NCBI GenBank assembly: GCA_019057795.1
Contig: JAHLWS010000073.1
Coordinates: forward strand, 102,455-166,454
Reading direction: 5' to 3'
DNA length: 64,000 nt
Source: Promethearchaeota archaeon
GTDB taxonomy: Archaea; Asgardarchaeota; Lokiarchaeia; Sigyniarchaeales; SOKP01
Under the pieces are notes generated by a model. That model saw only the letters and a program-made list of their open reading frames with translations. It was not told the DNA's origin and did not search any database. How positions within the stretch are numbered: position 1 is the first letter of the stretch; each line of letters begins with the position of its first letter. A program made the translations under genes and the position numbers. This document shows, piece after piece, positions 8,083 through 17,789 of this stretch.

Positions 8083-8760
8083 CTATTTCCGTTCTAAAAT
8101 AACTTCATGGGTAATGGTACCTATTTTCTCTATAGAAGCTTCCAGGATATCTCCCGGTTGTATTGGACCTATTCCGCTTGGAGTGCCCGTTGCGATTATA
8201 TCTCCTCTTTGCAAAGTAACGAACTTCGATAAATATTCTAAAATTTGAGGGATTTTAAATAACATATGTTTCGTATTAGAAAATTGTTTGGTTTGCCCGT
8301 TAAGCTTTAATTGAATTGTTAGGTTATGTGGGTCCTTAATTTCGCTGCTTGGAACAATTATTGGTCCTATCGGTCCAAAAGTATCGAAATTTTTGCTTCT
8401 ATACCATGGTAAATTTATATTTCTATCGCTTTTTTGCATAATTCTCGCAGTTAAATCCAGAAAAATTGTATATCCTTGGATGTAATCGAAAGCGTTATCA
8501 ACCGAGATGTTTTTACATGTTTGGAAAATAACAAAAGCTAGTTCCACTTCGTGATCTACTCGATTATAAATCTGACTTTCATACAAAATTTTAGGATAAA
8601 TAATTGGTTTATTATCAGTTACTAGCGTATTAAGTGTTTTAACAAAAAATACTGGTTCCGTAGGAATTGGAGCATTTGTTTCTCTAATATGATCCAAATA
8701 GTTCCGTCCTAGACATACAATTTTGGTTGGATTTATATTACTATTGCCAATTTTTACCAT
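8083..8760 (-). CDS. Fumarylacetoacetate hydrolase family protein
   Basis: KIVCLGRNY, DHEVELA, SKNFDTFGPIGP and GDIIATGTPSG motifs. Confidence 0.93.
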   Translation of the reverse strand: MVKIGNSNINPTKIVCLGRNYLDHIRETNAPIPTEPVFFVKTLNTLVTDNKPIIYPKILYESQIYNRVDHEVELAFVIFQTCKNISVDNAFDYIQGYTIFLDLTARIMQKSDRNINLPWYRSKNFDTFGPIGPIIVPSSEIKDPHNLTIQLKLNGQTKQFSNTKHMLFKIPQILEYLSKFVTLQRGDIIATGTPSGIGPIQPGDILEASIEKIGTITHEVILERK

Positions 8761-9444
8761 TTAAGTCAACTCCTTCTCTAATACAACTTTATTTGTCAAA
8801 GTACCAATTTTTTCGATCGATGCTTCTATCAGATCTCCAGGTTTGATTGGTCCTATGCCTGCGGGTGTTCCAGTTGCTATAATATCTCCTGGTTCCATAG
8901 TAAAAAATTTTGAAATATTTTCTAAAAGCTCCGGAACTTTAAACAACAAATATTTAGTATTCGATAATTGTTTAGTCTCTCCATTTACTTTTAACTCAAT
9001 TTTGAGATCATGAGGATCTTTAATTTCAGAAAGACTTACAATTCTAGGGCCAATTGGACCGAAAGTATCTAATGATTTAGAGCGAAACCAAGGTAATTTT
9101 GAAACTATATCTTTAGTTTGTATCTTCCGTGCAGTTATATCGTTAAATACAGTATAACCTAAAATGTGATCGTAAGCTTGACTTGCACTCACATATTTAC
9201 ATCTATCTTTAACGATAAATGCTAGTTCTACTTCAAAATCAATTCGATTGTATTTACGGTTACTAAATATCCAGTTTGGATAAATAATTGGTTCACCATC
9301 CCCTATAAGACAATTTAATGTTTTTGGAAAAAGAACGGGTTCTTTTGGTATTTCTGACTTTGTTTCTTCAATGTGATCCAAATAATTCGTACCAATACAT
9401 ATTATTTTTGTAGGGCTAATCGTCTTTTCTCCAATTTTTATAAT
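8761..9444 (-). CDS. Fumarylacetoacetate hydrolase family protein (tandem paralog, probable ATT start)
   Basis: Same motifs as the neighbour; the frame extends upstream of 9381 as IIKIGEKTISPTKIICIGTNYL, matching the paralog N-terminus, after an AGGAGTGA SD-like site. Confidence 0.9.
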   Translation of the reverse strand: MIKIGEKTISPTKIICIGTNYLDHIEETKSEIPKEPVLFPKTLNCLIGDGEPIIYPNWIFSNRKYNRIDFEVELAFIVKDRCKYVSASQAYDHILGYTVFNDITARKIQTKDIVSKLPWFRSKSLDTFGPIGPRIVSLSEIKDPHDLKIELKVNGETKQLSNTKYLLFKVPELLENISKFFTMEPGDIIATGTPAGIGPIKPGDLIEASIEKIGTLTNKVVLEKELT

Positions 9445-9623
9445 AATACATCACTCCTTTAAGTAGTTAGTGCCTTCCGTTAAAAAAAATCGTTTAGTTC
9501 GTTGTCTTCTAGAACAAGGCAACTATACTTAATTAAATAAGATTTAAATTTTAAAGATAATTAATTTTCAGATAATAGTAAAAGATTAAATTATAAGTAA
9601 AAAATAGTTAAAACAAAGAAAAA

Positions 9624-10157
9624 TTGATTAAAATGACCGAAAAAGATGTAATTTTGACATTAAAAATTGCTATGGCAGCTATTTTTATGGCTGTTGGAAT
9701 TACTTTAAGTTATCTTAATCCATTTGGATATTTTTTCTTGTTCGGTACAAAGATAAATCCTTTCGCTCATTTAATAAATGTAATAACGGGAGTTCTAATA
9801 GGAGTTACTTTTTCTAGCATTACTGCTTTAGGTATTGCAAGTATACGGTTTTCAGCTGGAATTGGAACGATCCATGCTTTTCATGGGGGTGTATCTGGCG
9901 CGGTTGTTGTTGGAATCGTATCTCACTTTTTATGGAAAAAAAAACCAAAGTATGTTGAATATGCCGCATTTACAGAACCAATTGGTACAGTATTCATTGG
10001 TGGTACCATAACAGCTTTAATTCAAGGGTTTACACTAGCAAATCTACTATTTTTTTGGTGGTTATTTATGCTGAGCTCTGTTGTGGGATCTGTTCTAGGT
10101 TTCATAGTTTTAAAAATTCTTAAGCGCTCTGGGTATTCAAGAGATAGGTTCTACTAA
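9624..10157 (+). CDS. thiW: ECF transporter S component, ThiW family
   Basis: PFAHLINVITGVLIG, GIGTIHAFHGG and TEPIGTVFIG motifs. Confidence 0.85.
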   Translation: MIKMTEKDVILTLKIAMAAIFMAVGITLSYLNPFGYFFLFGTKINPFAHLINVITGVLIGVTFSSITALGIASIRFSAGIGTIHAFHGGVSGAVVVGIVSHFLWKKKPKYVEYAAFTEPIGTVFIGGTITALIQGFTLANLLFFWWLFMLSSVVGSVLGFIVLKILKRSGYSRDRFY

Positions 10158-10188
10158 ATACAAAAAAATTTGTTATTCTAAAAAATTT

Positions 10189-10776
10189 ATGAAATTTAAT
10201 AGAGACTTAAATTTTGGCAATTTAATTGGTCAGAAAACCCTTATCTATGGGGAAACAAATACCGGAAAAACTTTATATACCGCTAATTTTGTTCAATTTC
10301 TCCTAGAAAGTAAAAACATTGACCCTAAAGAGGTTAGCATATTAGATTTTGCTCCAAAGTTAACTTATTTTAACGATTTAAAGATTGGTGGAAGAGTTCA
10401 AGATTATTTCGAAAATAGCGTAAAATGCAATAACATTAAATTAATAGGAGAGATTATTCCCCCCCGCCTAAATGCTAAGAATAAAAATGAAATGTATAGC
10501 AACATTTGTCATAATTTTCATAAAATATATGAAATTATAGAAATTTATAACAGTAACCCAACTCCAGTGTTAATCATCAACGATATCTCTTTATATTTGC
10601 ACTTAGGGAGCAATAAATACTTAATTAATACGATAAATAAATCAAATACTTTTTTCGGAAATAGTTATTATGGTACCTCAATTGTTCGTAAATTTTCGAA
10701 TTTGTTGAGTATTAAAGAAAAGAAAAGAGTTGAATTTCTAATTAAAAATGTAGATAATCCTTTTGTAACGGAATAA
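10189..10776 (+). CDS. Small P-loop NTPase (HerA/DUF87-like)
   Basis: Walker A GETNTGKT; Walker B-like LIIND. Confidence 0.6.
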   Translation: MKFNRDLNFGNLIGQKTLIYGETNTGKTLYTANFVQFLLESKNIDPKEVSILDFAPKLTYFNDLKIGGRVQDYFENSVKCNNIKLIGEIIPPRLNAKNKNEMYSNICHNFHKIYEIIEIYNSNPTPVLIINDISLYLHLGSNKYLINTINKSNTFFGNSYYGTSIVRKFSNLLSIKEKKRVEFLIKNVDNPFVTE

Positions 10777-10872
10777 TATGCTAGTGAATTTTGGTAAATA
10801 TTTTAAGAAAGTTATTTAATTCACTTATACTCTTTAATATTAATAAAAAATAATATTCGCTTAGTATAAGAG

Positions 10873-11535
10873 ATGATTAAACTGAAATCAAAAGTGCGAG
10901 TAGTTCTTTTCGGACCTCCAGGAAGTGGAAAAGGCACGTTCTCTTCTCAAATAAAGAAAGTTTTACCTGATATACCACATATTAGCACTGGGGATATTTT
11001 CCGAGAAAATTTAAAAAATGAAACACCCCTTGGTTTAAAGGCTAAAGAATATATGGATAAGGGTGAATTAGTTCCGGACGAAGTAACTATTGATATGGTG
11101 AGGGATAGACTAAGCAAAGAAGATGTAAAAGAACATGGATTCATATTAGACGGTTTTCCAAGAACTCTAACCCAAACTGAAGCTTTAACGGAGATAACTA
11201 AAATAGATTTATTCCTTTTATTAGATGTAAGTCGCGATATCATTACAAAAAGAATTTTAGGAAGATACTCTTGTAAAAATTGCAGTGAAATCTATAATAA
11301 ATACACTCTTCCACCAAAAACAGAAGGTATTTGCGATAAATGTGGCGCTGAAATTAAATTTGAACAAAGAAGCGACGACAATGAAGAAACCTTAAAAAAT
11401 CGGTTAGATACTTACGAAAAGAACGCAAAACCAATAATAAAATACTACAAAAAGAAAAAGTTGATGAGAAAGATAAACGCTGAAAATACTTTAGAATTAA
11501 CCGAGAAGGATATTATAAAAATACTCGAAGTGTAA
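10873..11535 (+). CDS. adk: Adenylate kinase, bacterial/eukaryotic long type with Zn-lid
   Basis: GPPGSGKGT, HISTGDIFR and FILDGFPRT motifs; CxxC...CxxC lid; RSDD. Confidence 0.95.
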   Translation: MIKLKSKVRVVLFGPPGSGKGTFSSQIKKVLPDIPHISTGDIFRENLKNETPLGLKAKEYMDKGELVPDEVTIDMVRDRLSKEDVKEHGFILDGFPRTLTQTEALTEITKIDLFLLLDVSRDIITKRILGRYSCKNCSEIYNKYTLPPKTEGICDKCGAEIKFEQRSDDNEETLKNRLDTYEKNAKPIIKYYKKKKLMRKINAENTLELTEKDIIKILEV

Positions 11536-11570
11536 ATTTATTTTTACAATAATTTTTTTATAGGATTATA

Positions 11571-12326
11571 ATGAAATATAAGATCTGTATTGCAATTCCA
11601 ATTAAATCTGATGATCTTAATATAAATAGTCAATTAGTAGAAACATCGCTAGAAAAAAAGCCTGATTTAATTGAATTTAGATTTGATTACATAAATGATG
11701 TAAAATTTATCACTTTTTCCTTTTTAACAGAATTATTGAATCTCATCACTCCTAAAATACCAATAGTCTTTACTTTTAGGAGAATTCAAGAGCGAGGTCA
11801 ATATAATCTTAATAAAGATGAACGATTACAAATTTTAAAGTTATTGGTTGAAGCAAAACCCGATTATTTGGACATAGAAATGGAGTCTGATATTAAGATT
11901 TTGAAAACAATTACAAATTTAGCTTACAAAAACAATGTAGATTTAATTTTCTCTTTTCATGATTTTGAAGATACTCCTACATATGAAGAAACAATTACTC
12001 TTCTAGATAAGTTTGAAGATAAGTTAATTCATGAGTGCTCTATAGATTTAGATAAAATGGGTGAAAGCGTCTTTAAATTAATATTTACTCCTCAAATTTT
12101 TGAGGATAATTTAAACATTTTAAAAATTTGTAGAACACTTTCACAAGACGGCAAAAAGATAGTATGTTTTGCTATGGGCGAATTGGGGATTTTTTCCAGA
12201 ATTATGTGTGTTAAATTTGGGTCATTATGGACATATGGTTCTCTAAGAGATAAAACAGCTCCTGGACAAATTAATATCAATACTTTACGAGAAATGTATC
12301 AATTATTATTTAATTCTAATTCTTGA
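11571..12326 (+). CDS. aroD: Type I 3-dehydroquinate dehydratase
   Basis: DLIEFRFD, FTFR, SFHDF, AMGELGIFSR and TAPGQ motifs. Confidence 0.92.
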   Translation: MKYKICIAIPIKSDDLNINSQLVETSLEKKPDLIEFRFDYINDVKFITFSFLTELLNLITPKIPIVFTFRRIQERGQYNLNKDERLQILKLLVEAKPDYLDIEMESDIKILKTITNLAYKNNVDLIFSFHDFEDTPTYEETITLLDKFEDKLIHECSIDLDKMGESVFKLIFTPQIFEDNLNILKICRTLSQDGKKIVCFAMGELGIFSRIMCVKFGSLWTYGSLRDKTAPGQININTLREMYQLLFNSNS

Positions 12327-13821
12327 GATTAATGACATTCCGATCCAGGTTAATGTCATAATAAACAGGAAATCTTTGACCAACGAGTTCTTGCTTTTCT
12401 AATTTAATTAAAATATCTGGAACAGCATTAATAAAAGCTATAGTACGACGATTATTTTCAAGAGTTCCTATTACTATCCCTTGCTTGGGTATTCCAGTTC
12501 GATCATAGGTTATTGTATATCCATCAATAGTAAGATTTCCATTAGCTTGTTCTATAGGTTTTTGTAATTGTCTAGCTAAGATTGATTGTTGTATTTCAAC
12601 CTGATTTTCTTCACCCCATTGTATAAAAGGTGGTTCAGTACCGTAAATACCAAAGGACTGTTTTGTATTATATCCTCCATTTGCTATAACCATTACCTTC
12701 AATAAAGGATTTTTACGAATAAGATATACAGCAGAAACAATTGCGTGTAAAGAATAATTACTCCATGGACCACCAAAAAATGGAAGCCCACCTGTAATTG
12801 ATAATGGCCGAGGATCATCTTCTTTTATCCCTAATTCATTTTTAATGATTTCTACAATAGATGGAAAACAACTATAAATATCAAATAAATCGATATCATC
12901 TAGTTTAAGTCCAGCTTGTCCTAAAGCTAGATGTGCTCCTTCTTTTGTTGCGGGTGAATTATAAAGCTTTGGACGTTGAGTAATATTAAAAATATTTTTT
13001 AAGTCTGCGCCTCCCATTGGATAAATCCAGAGTTTAGGGTCAATTTTAAGCTTCTCAGCGTTTTCTTCACTGGTCATTATTAACGCGCTAGATTGATCTA
13101 CAAATACATTAGAACACATAAGTTTAGTGTAAGGGTGCGTGATATAACGGTTACTAAGAGTAGGTGTTATAATTTCTTTAGCAGAATAAGAACAATTGGT
13201 CCAAGCGTGGGCGTTATTAGATGCAATCTTTGAGAAAATTTCAAAGATTTTACCTATATAATTTCTATGCTCTTCCAAACTTCTTCCTGAAGCAGTGCGT
13301 ACAGCAGTCTCAAGAATGGCGTATGTAACGGAAGGATATTTCAACTTATATTTATTTGCAAATTCATTTATACCATTCCACAATTTACCCTCCATATACT
13401 TAGGATCCTTCCATTGAGGCCAATTTAAATTAAGTTTACCCTTTTTTGCCTTGTATCTGGAGTAAGAGGCTTCTCCACCGGTAATCAGAATTGCTTGACT
13501 TTCTCCAGAAGTTATAGCCTTCGCTGCCCTATTTACTAACATCTGAGGACTATCTCCCCCATCAGGTAAATAAACTTTATGTTCGGGTTTTAAACAGAGT
13601 ATCTTGCTAAGTTCTTCTGGAGCATCTTCGTAAGACCAACTATTAATATTAACCATATAAACTGAATTAATAAAATCCTTCAAATTTAGCGCACCAACAT
13701 CGTTTAAAGCTATCTTACATGCTTTAGCCATGAGATTTAGCGGATCAAGAGGATCAAGAGTATGTTTATGTTGTGTGAACTGAGCAGCTCCTACAATTAT
13801 TGGATGTGATTTATTACTCAT
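12316..13821 (-). CDS. Thiolase-like protein (acetyl-CoA acetyltransferase family, TLP1-type C-terminal domain)
   Basis: GGDSPQ, DIYSCFPS and TGGLPFFGGP motifs. Confidence 0.85.
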   Translation of the reverse strand: MSNKSHPIIVGAAQFTQHKHTLDPLDPLNLMAKACKIALNDVGALNLKDFINSVYMVNINSWSYEDAPEELSKILCLKPEHKVYLPDGGDSPQMLVNRAAKAITSGESQAILITGGEASYSRYKAKKGKLNLNWPQWKDPKYMEGKLWNGINEFANKYKLKYPSVTYAILETAVRTASGRSLEEHRNYIGKIFEIFSKIASNNAHAWTNCSYSAKEIITPTLSNRYITHPYTKLMCSNVFVDQSSALIMTSEENAEKLKIDPKLWIYPMGGADLKNIFNITQRPKLYNSPATKEGAHLALGQAGLKLDDIDLFDIYSCFPSIVEIIKNELGIKEDDPRPLSITGGLPFFGGPWSNYSLHAIVSAVYLIRKNPLLKVMVIANGGYNTKQSFGIYGTEPPFIQWGEENQVEIQQSILARQLQKPIEQANGNLTIDGYTITYDRTGIPKQGIVIGTLENNRRTIAFINAVPDILIKLEKQELVGQRFPVYYDINLDRNVINLKN

Positions 13822-13925
13822 AATTGATTGATTAATGTAAAAATTATTTTAAAAATTAAATATGAAAAGAATAAGAAACTCTTATCAATTATTATTTAAT
13901 AACAGATAAGAAATTATATTTAGTA

Positions 13926-14093
13926 TCATCTATCAAATACAGTACCACAACTACCGCATTTAATTCTTTTTTTATAAACTGGGGCACCCTGCATTGAATA
14001 ATAGAGTACTTGTGTTTTATCAGGCTCTTCGTGTAATTTCCGAGGACTTTCTTCTCCACAATTTCCACATTTGGTTCGTTTAGTTTCTGTCAT
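13926..14093 (-). CDS. Small zinc-ribbon protein, 55 aa (not in ORF track)
   Basis: Manual translation MTETKRTKCGNCGEESPRKLHEEPDKTQVLYYSMQGAPVYKKRIKCGSCGTVFDR*, two CxxC motifs. Confidence 0.8.
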   Translation of the reverse strand: MTETKRTKCGNCGEESPRKLHEEPDKTQVLYYSMQGAPVYKKRIKCGSCGTVFDR

Positions 14094-14228
14094 TTTTTTC
14101 TCGAAGGTTTTTTGAATAAATAATATGTTATATAAATTTAAATTTAGGTTTTACAATAAATGTGCGTTATGTCATCTTTACAAATAGAAGTGAAAATGTA
14201 AATAGATTCATTGTTAAAAATATAATAA

Positions 14229-14370
14229 ATTAATTATCTGTACTTCCTAGAATTTGCGTTAATTTTTTCCGATACTCTTCAAAAGCTTTCCTCCCTCCCT
14301 CCCTAAGCTTAAGCAATGTATTAGGTTTCTTATTCTTAAAACGCTTATAACCAAATTTTTTCAGTTTCTT
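14229..14370 (-). pseudogene. Remnant of a winged-HTH (ArsR/HTH_34-like) regulator, C-terminal half
   Basis: Reads KKLKKFGYKRFKNKKPNTLLKLREGGRKAFEEYRKKLTQIL with no start codon and no N-terminal half. Confidence 0.5.
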
Positions 14371-14379
14371 TCTATTCTC

Positions 14380-14904
14380 TCAAATATTAGTTTTTTCAAT
14401 GATCTCACTCGTGATTTCATCAATTGTTTTGTTTGTGGTGTTAGTAACAATTTCTGCTGATATTTTATAATAAGGTTCTCTTTGTTTCAATGCGCTTTCG
14501 ATTTCTTTAATTGGATCTTCTTTATCGATTAATGGTCTAGTCTCTTTCCCATCGATCATTACTCTATTAAAAATTTCTTTAGGGCTAGCTGTTAATAAAA
14601 CGATATGACAGGTTTTTTTTAAATTTTCTATATTTACTTTATTTAAAACAATTCCTCCCCCGCATGATATAATTGTTTTTTTTAGTTCTGCTGCTTTCCT
14701 ACAAGCTTCAATCTCGTATTCTCTAAATTTCGCTTCACCGTTTTCCGAAAAGATATTAGGAATTGGTTTACCTGTCATCTCTATAATTAGTTGATCGGTT
14801 TCTATAAATTTATAATCTTTTCCTAGATATTCCTTCAATGCCTTTCCTACTGTGGATTTACCCGTTGCCATAAAACCAATCAACGCAATAGAATCTTTAA
14901 TCAT
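14380..14904 (-). CDS. aroK: Shikimate kinase, bacterial AroK type
   Basis: GFMATGKSTVG, GEAKFR, SCGGG and RPL motifs. Confidence 0.93.
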   Translation of the reverse strand: MIKDSIALIGFMATGKSTVGKALKEYLGKDYKFIETDQLIIEMTGKPIPNIFSENGEAKFREYEIEACRKAAELKKTIISCGGGIVLNKVNIENLKKTCHIVLLTASPKEIFNRVMIDGKETRPLIDKEDPIKEIESALKQREPYYKISAEIVTNTTNKTIDEITSEIIEKTNI

Positions 14905-15005
14905 ACCAAATTAAACCAAATAGTATTTTTTGATAAACCTAACTATATTTTCAATTTTTTTTCTTTGTTACTGGTATCCTAATATCAAGAAAAAAAGTAG
15001 AACAA

Positions 15006-15560
15006 TCATTTCATTGAAAATCCGTGTTTTCCTAAAATACCCTTTTGTAAACCTATGTAATTTCCATTAATATATGCGAAGCAATTAAATTTTTCAGGGT
15101 CTAATCTATTATTCGTTACAAATCGCGAATCAGAATGAGTTGCAACCACTTCACCAAAGTAACAAACATGAGAACCAAACTCAATTCTTTTTATGACTTT
15201 GCATTCCATGTTCCATGGAAACTCTTTCACCATCGGGACTTTAACCACTACTCCTTGTTCTTGAGTTAGGTTCAATTCATTCCATTTATTCACATCTCTT
15301 CCCGACCTCGTCCCACAATAATCCATTTCTTTCAATTGGTCTTTAGTAGGGTAATTAATGACAAACTCTCCATGTTTTTCGATTAAACCATAGGAATGCC
15401 TCCTTGGCTGCATTGATATTGCAATAATTGGAGGTTTCATACATACCTTACCAATGTAAGCGAGAGTGATTAAGTTCGCTTCTTCACCAATTCCTACAGA
15501 TATAACTGCTGCGGGCATTGGGAACATTGTTATTCCGGTGTTAAGAGAAATCTTTTTCAT
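15006..15560 (-). CDS. Flavin reductase family protein
   Basis: GEFVIN, CGTRSGRDVNK and ECKV...GSH motifs. Confidence 0.9.
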   Translation of the reverse strand: MKKISLNTGITMFPMPAAVISVGIGEEANLITLAYIGKVCMKPPIIAISMQPRRHSYGLIEKHGEFVINYPTKDQLKEMDYCGTRSGRDVNKWNELNLTQEQGVVVKVPMVKEFPWNMECKVIKRIEFGSHVCYFGEVVATHSDSRFVTNNRLDPEKFNCFAYINGNYIGLQKGILGKHGFSMK

Positions 15561-15668
15561 TTCTTCAATCCATCCTTTATTTGTTTTCTACTTATAGCTA
15601 AATAATTATAAATTAATTTTATTCTTAAACATATTAATAGTTTTAAATTTAATAATTATAGTAATAAA

Positions 15669-16538
15669 ATGCTAAAAAAACCTTATATAACAGCTCGTAC
15701 TAATGTTTTATGTGTTATTGGACACCCAATCGAACATAGTATGAGTCCGATAATGCATAATGCTGCCCTTAAAGATCTGTCTCTCGATTATGTATATATC
15801 GCTTTTAATATTCCACCTAACGACCTTAAAAAGGCAGTGTTAGGGTTTAAAATGTTTAGTATAAAAGGAATAAATGTTACTATTCCATATAAAGAAAATA
15901 TTATCCCGTATTTAGATGAAATTGACCCACTTGCTGAAAAGATTGGTGCTGTTAATACTATAAAAAATGAAGGTAAATATTTGATTGGGAAAAACACAGA
16001 CGCATCTGGGGCTAAAAATGCTTTATTAGACGCGGGGTGCGAAATAACTGGAAAAAAAGCATTAATATTGGGTGCAGGAGGGGCGGCTAGAGCGGTTAGT
16101 TTTGCTATTTCAGAGGATTTAGATGTGGTATATATAGCTAATAGAACAGAAAAGCGAGCAATAAAATTAGCTAAGGATTTGACTAATAAAACGACGATTA
16201 AAGCAGTAGGAAAGAATTTGAGTATAAATACCCTGAAAAATTTAGTAAATGATGTAGATATTTTAATAAACACTACTCCACTCGGTATGTATCCAAATAT
16301 TGAAGAATCGCCGATTTCTGAGGAAATGCTACACAATAATTTGTTTGTATTTGATATCGTATATAATCCTCTCGAAACTCGATTATTAAAAGAAGCTAGA
16401 AAAAGTGGTTGCAAAACACTAGGTGGGTTAGATATGTTTGTTAATCAAGGCGCTTTAGCATTTGAATGGTGGACTGGTAAAAAACCAAATTTGAATTTAA
16501 TGAAAGAAAAAGTAGTTGAATTTTTAGGGAAAAAATAA
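15669..16538 (+). CDS. aroE: Shikimate dehydrogenase
   Basis: HSMSP, NVTIPYK, IGAVNT, NTD and GAGGAA motifs. Confidence 0.96.
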   Translation: MLKKPYITARTNVLCVIGHPIEHSMSPIMHNAALKDLSLDYVYIAFNIPPNDLKKAVLGFKMFSIKGINVTIPYKENIIPYLDEIDPLAEKIGAVNTIKNEGKYLIGKNTDASGAKNALLDAGCEITGKKALILGAGGAARAVSFAISEDLDVVYIANRTEKRAIKLAKDLTNKTTIKAVGKNLSINTLKNLVNDVDILINTTPLGMYPNIEESPISEEMLHNNLFVFDIVYNPLETRLLKEARKSGCKTLGGLDMFVNQGALAFEWWTGKKPNLNLMKEKVVEFLGKK

Positions 16539-17449
16539 TGTTGGGTAAAAGATTTACTATTATTGGCGGGTCTGGCGGAATGGGTAAAGTTTTTGGAAGA
16601 TTTTTTAAAAAACATGGTTTTGCTATAACTTTATTTGCTCGAAACGAAAATAAATTAAAAAAAGCAGCAATAGAGTTGAGTGTTAATTACGAGCTTTCGC
16701 TTGAAAAAAGCGTTAAAAACGCCGATATTGTTATGATCTCAATCCCAATAAGCTCTACTCCTGATATGATAAGAAAAATAGCACCACTTTTGAAAGAAAA
16801 TGCAATAGTCTTTGATATTACTTCTTTAAAATATGCCGTTTTTAAAGCATTGACAGAAATAAAAAATAATTTTCCAGTAAATTGCATTTCGCTACATCCC
16901 ATGTTTGGTCCAGGAATAAAAGATATGAAAAACTATTTTATGATGGTATTAAAAGTTGGAGGTACTGACCAATACGACGAATTAATTAATGAACTTTTGA
17001 ATTTATTTAAATTTGATGGATTAATAATTACTGAAACCTTACCAGAGATTCACGATAAGAGAATAGCTCTAACGTTAGGCGTACCTCACATGTTGAACAT
17101 TCTTTTTCTAAATCTTCTTAGAAGTACCAATGAACCTTTGAATGAATTAACCAGATACACAGGTACTACTTTCTTGCTTCAAAAAGTTTTTGCCGAAAGT
17201 ATTATCCAGAGAGAAATGGAAATGTTTGGAGAAATCCAAATGGAAAATAAAGAGTTTCTTAAAATCTTAGATTTATTCGAAAAGTTACTCCATCAATATA
17301 AAAAAATAATAGAAGAAAAAAATGTTAAAGGTTTTAGTGAAATTTTTTCTCAAAGCTTAGAATATTCTAAAAAAGACAATTACTTTGAGAATTCTTACAA
17401 GTACTTCTATGAATTTATGAATATTTTAAAAAGAGAAAATAAAAAATAA
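16538..17449 (+). CDS. tyrA: Prephenate dehydrogenase
   Basis: GGSGGMG, DITSLK, HPMFGP and HD motifs. Confidence 0.92.
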   Translation: MLGKRFTIIGGSGGMGKVFGRFFKKHGFAITLFARNENKLKKAAIELSVNYELSLEKSVKNADIVMISIPISSTPDMIRKIAPLLKENAIVFDITSLKYAVFKALTEIKNNFPVNCISLHPMFGPGIKDMKNYFMMVLKVGGTDQYDELINELLNLFKFDGLIITETLPEIHDKRIALTLGVPHMLNILFLNLLRSTNEPLNELTRYTGTTFLLQKVFAESIIQREMEMFGEIQMENKEFLKILDLFEKLLHQYKKIIEEKNVKGFSEIFSQSLEYSKKDNYFENSYKYFYEFMNILKRENKK

Positions 17450-17453
17450 ATAT

Positions 17454-17720
17454 TTAATTAATTTTTGTTCCACAGAACGCACAAAATTTTAACCCGTCTC
17501 TCTCAGAAAGTTGTACTCCACAGTTGTAGCAAAAATGGGAATCTTCTTCAAATGCGGCCTCATTTGATTTGTAAAGTTTAACCTCTCGATAACTTTTAGT
17601 TTCTTTAGTTTTTTGGTCATAAAATATGGGTGAAAGACAATAGAATCTATTTTAGAGTACAAAAAATCCTATCAATTGAGAAAACATACTTGAGAAAAGA
17701 AAAAAGCCCCAATATTTATT
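17454..17720 (-). pseudogene. Degraded paralog of the adjacent zinc-ribbon membrane protein
   Basis: 3' frame encodes FCYNCGVQLSERDGLKFCAFCGTKIN*, but upstream there is an in-frame TAA and no start; a hydrophobic remnant INIGAFFLFSSMF lies further upstream. Confidence 0.55.
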
Positions 17721-17789
17721 CTATCCACGAAAATGATCTATTTAGTATAAGATGTAGGTTATATTTTTAATGGGGAATTATTTAATAAA

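Noticed and set aside
9445-9623. TPP riboswitch upstream of thiW
   Set aside because: No CUGAGA core or matching helices are visible
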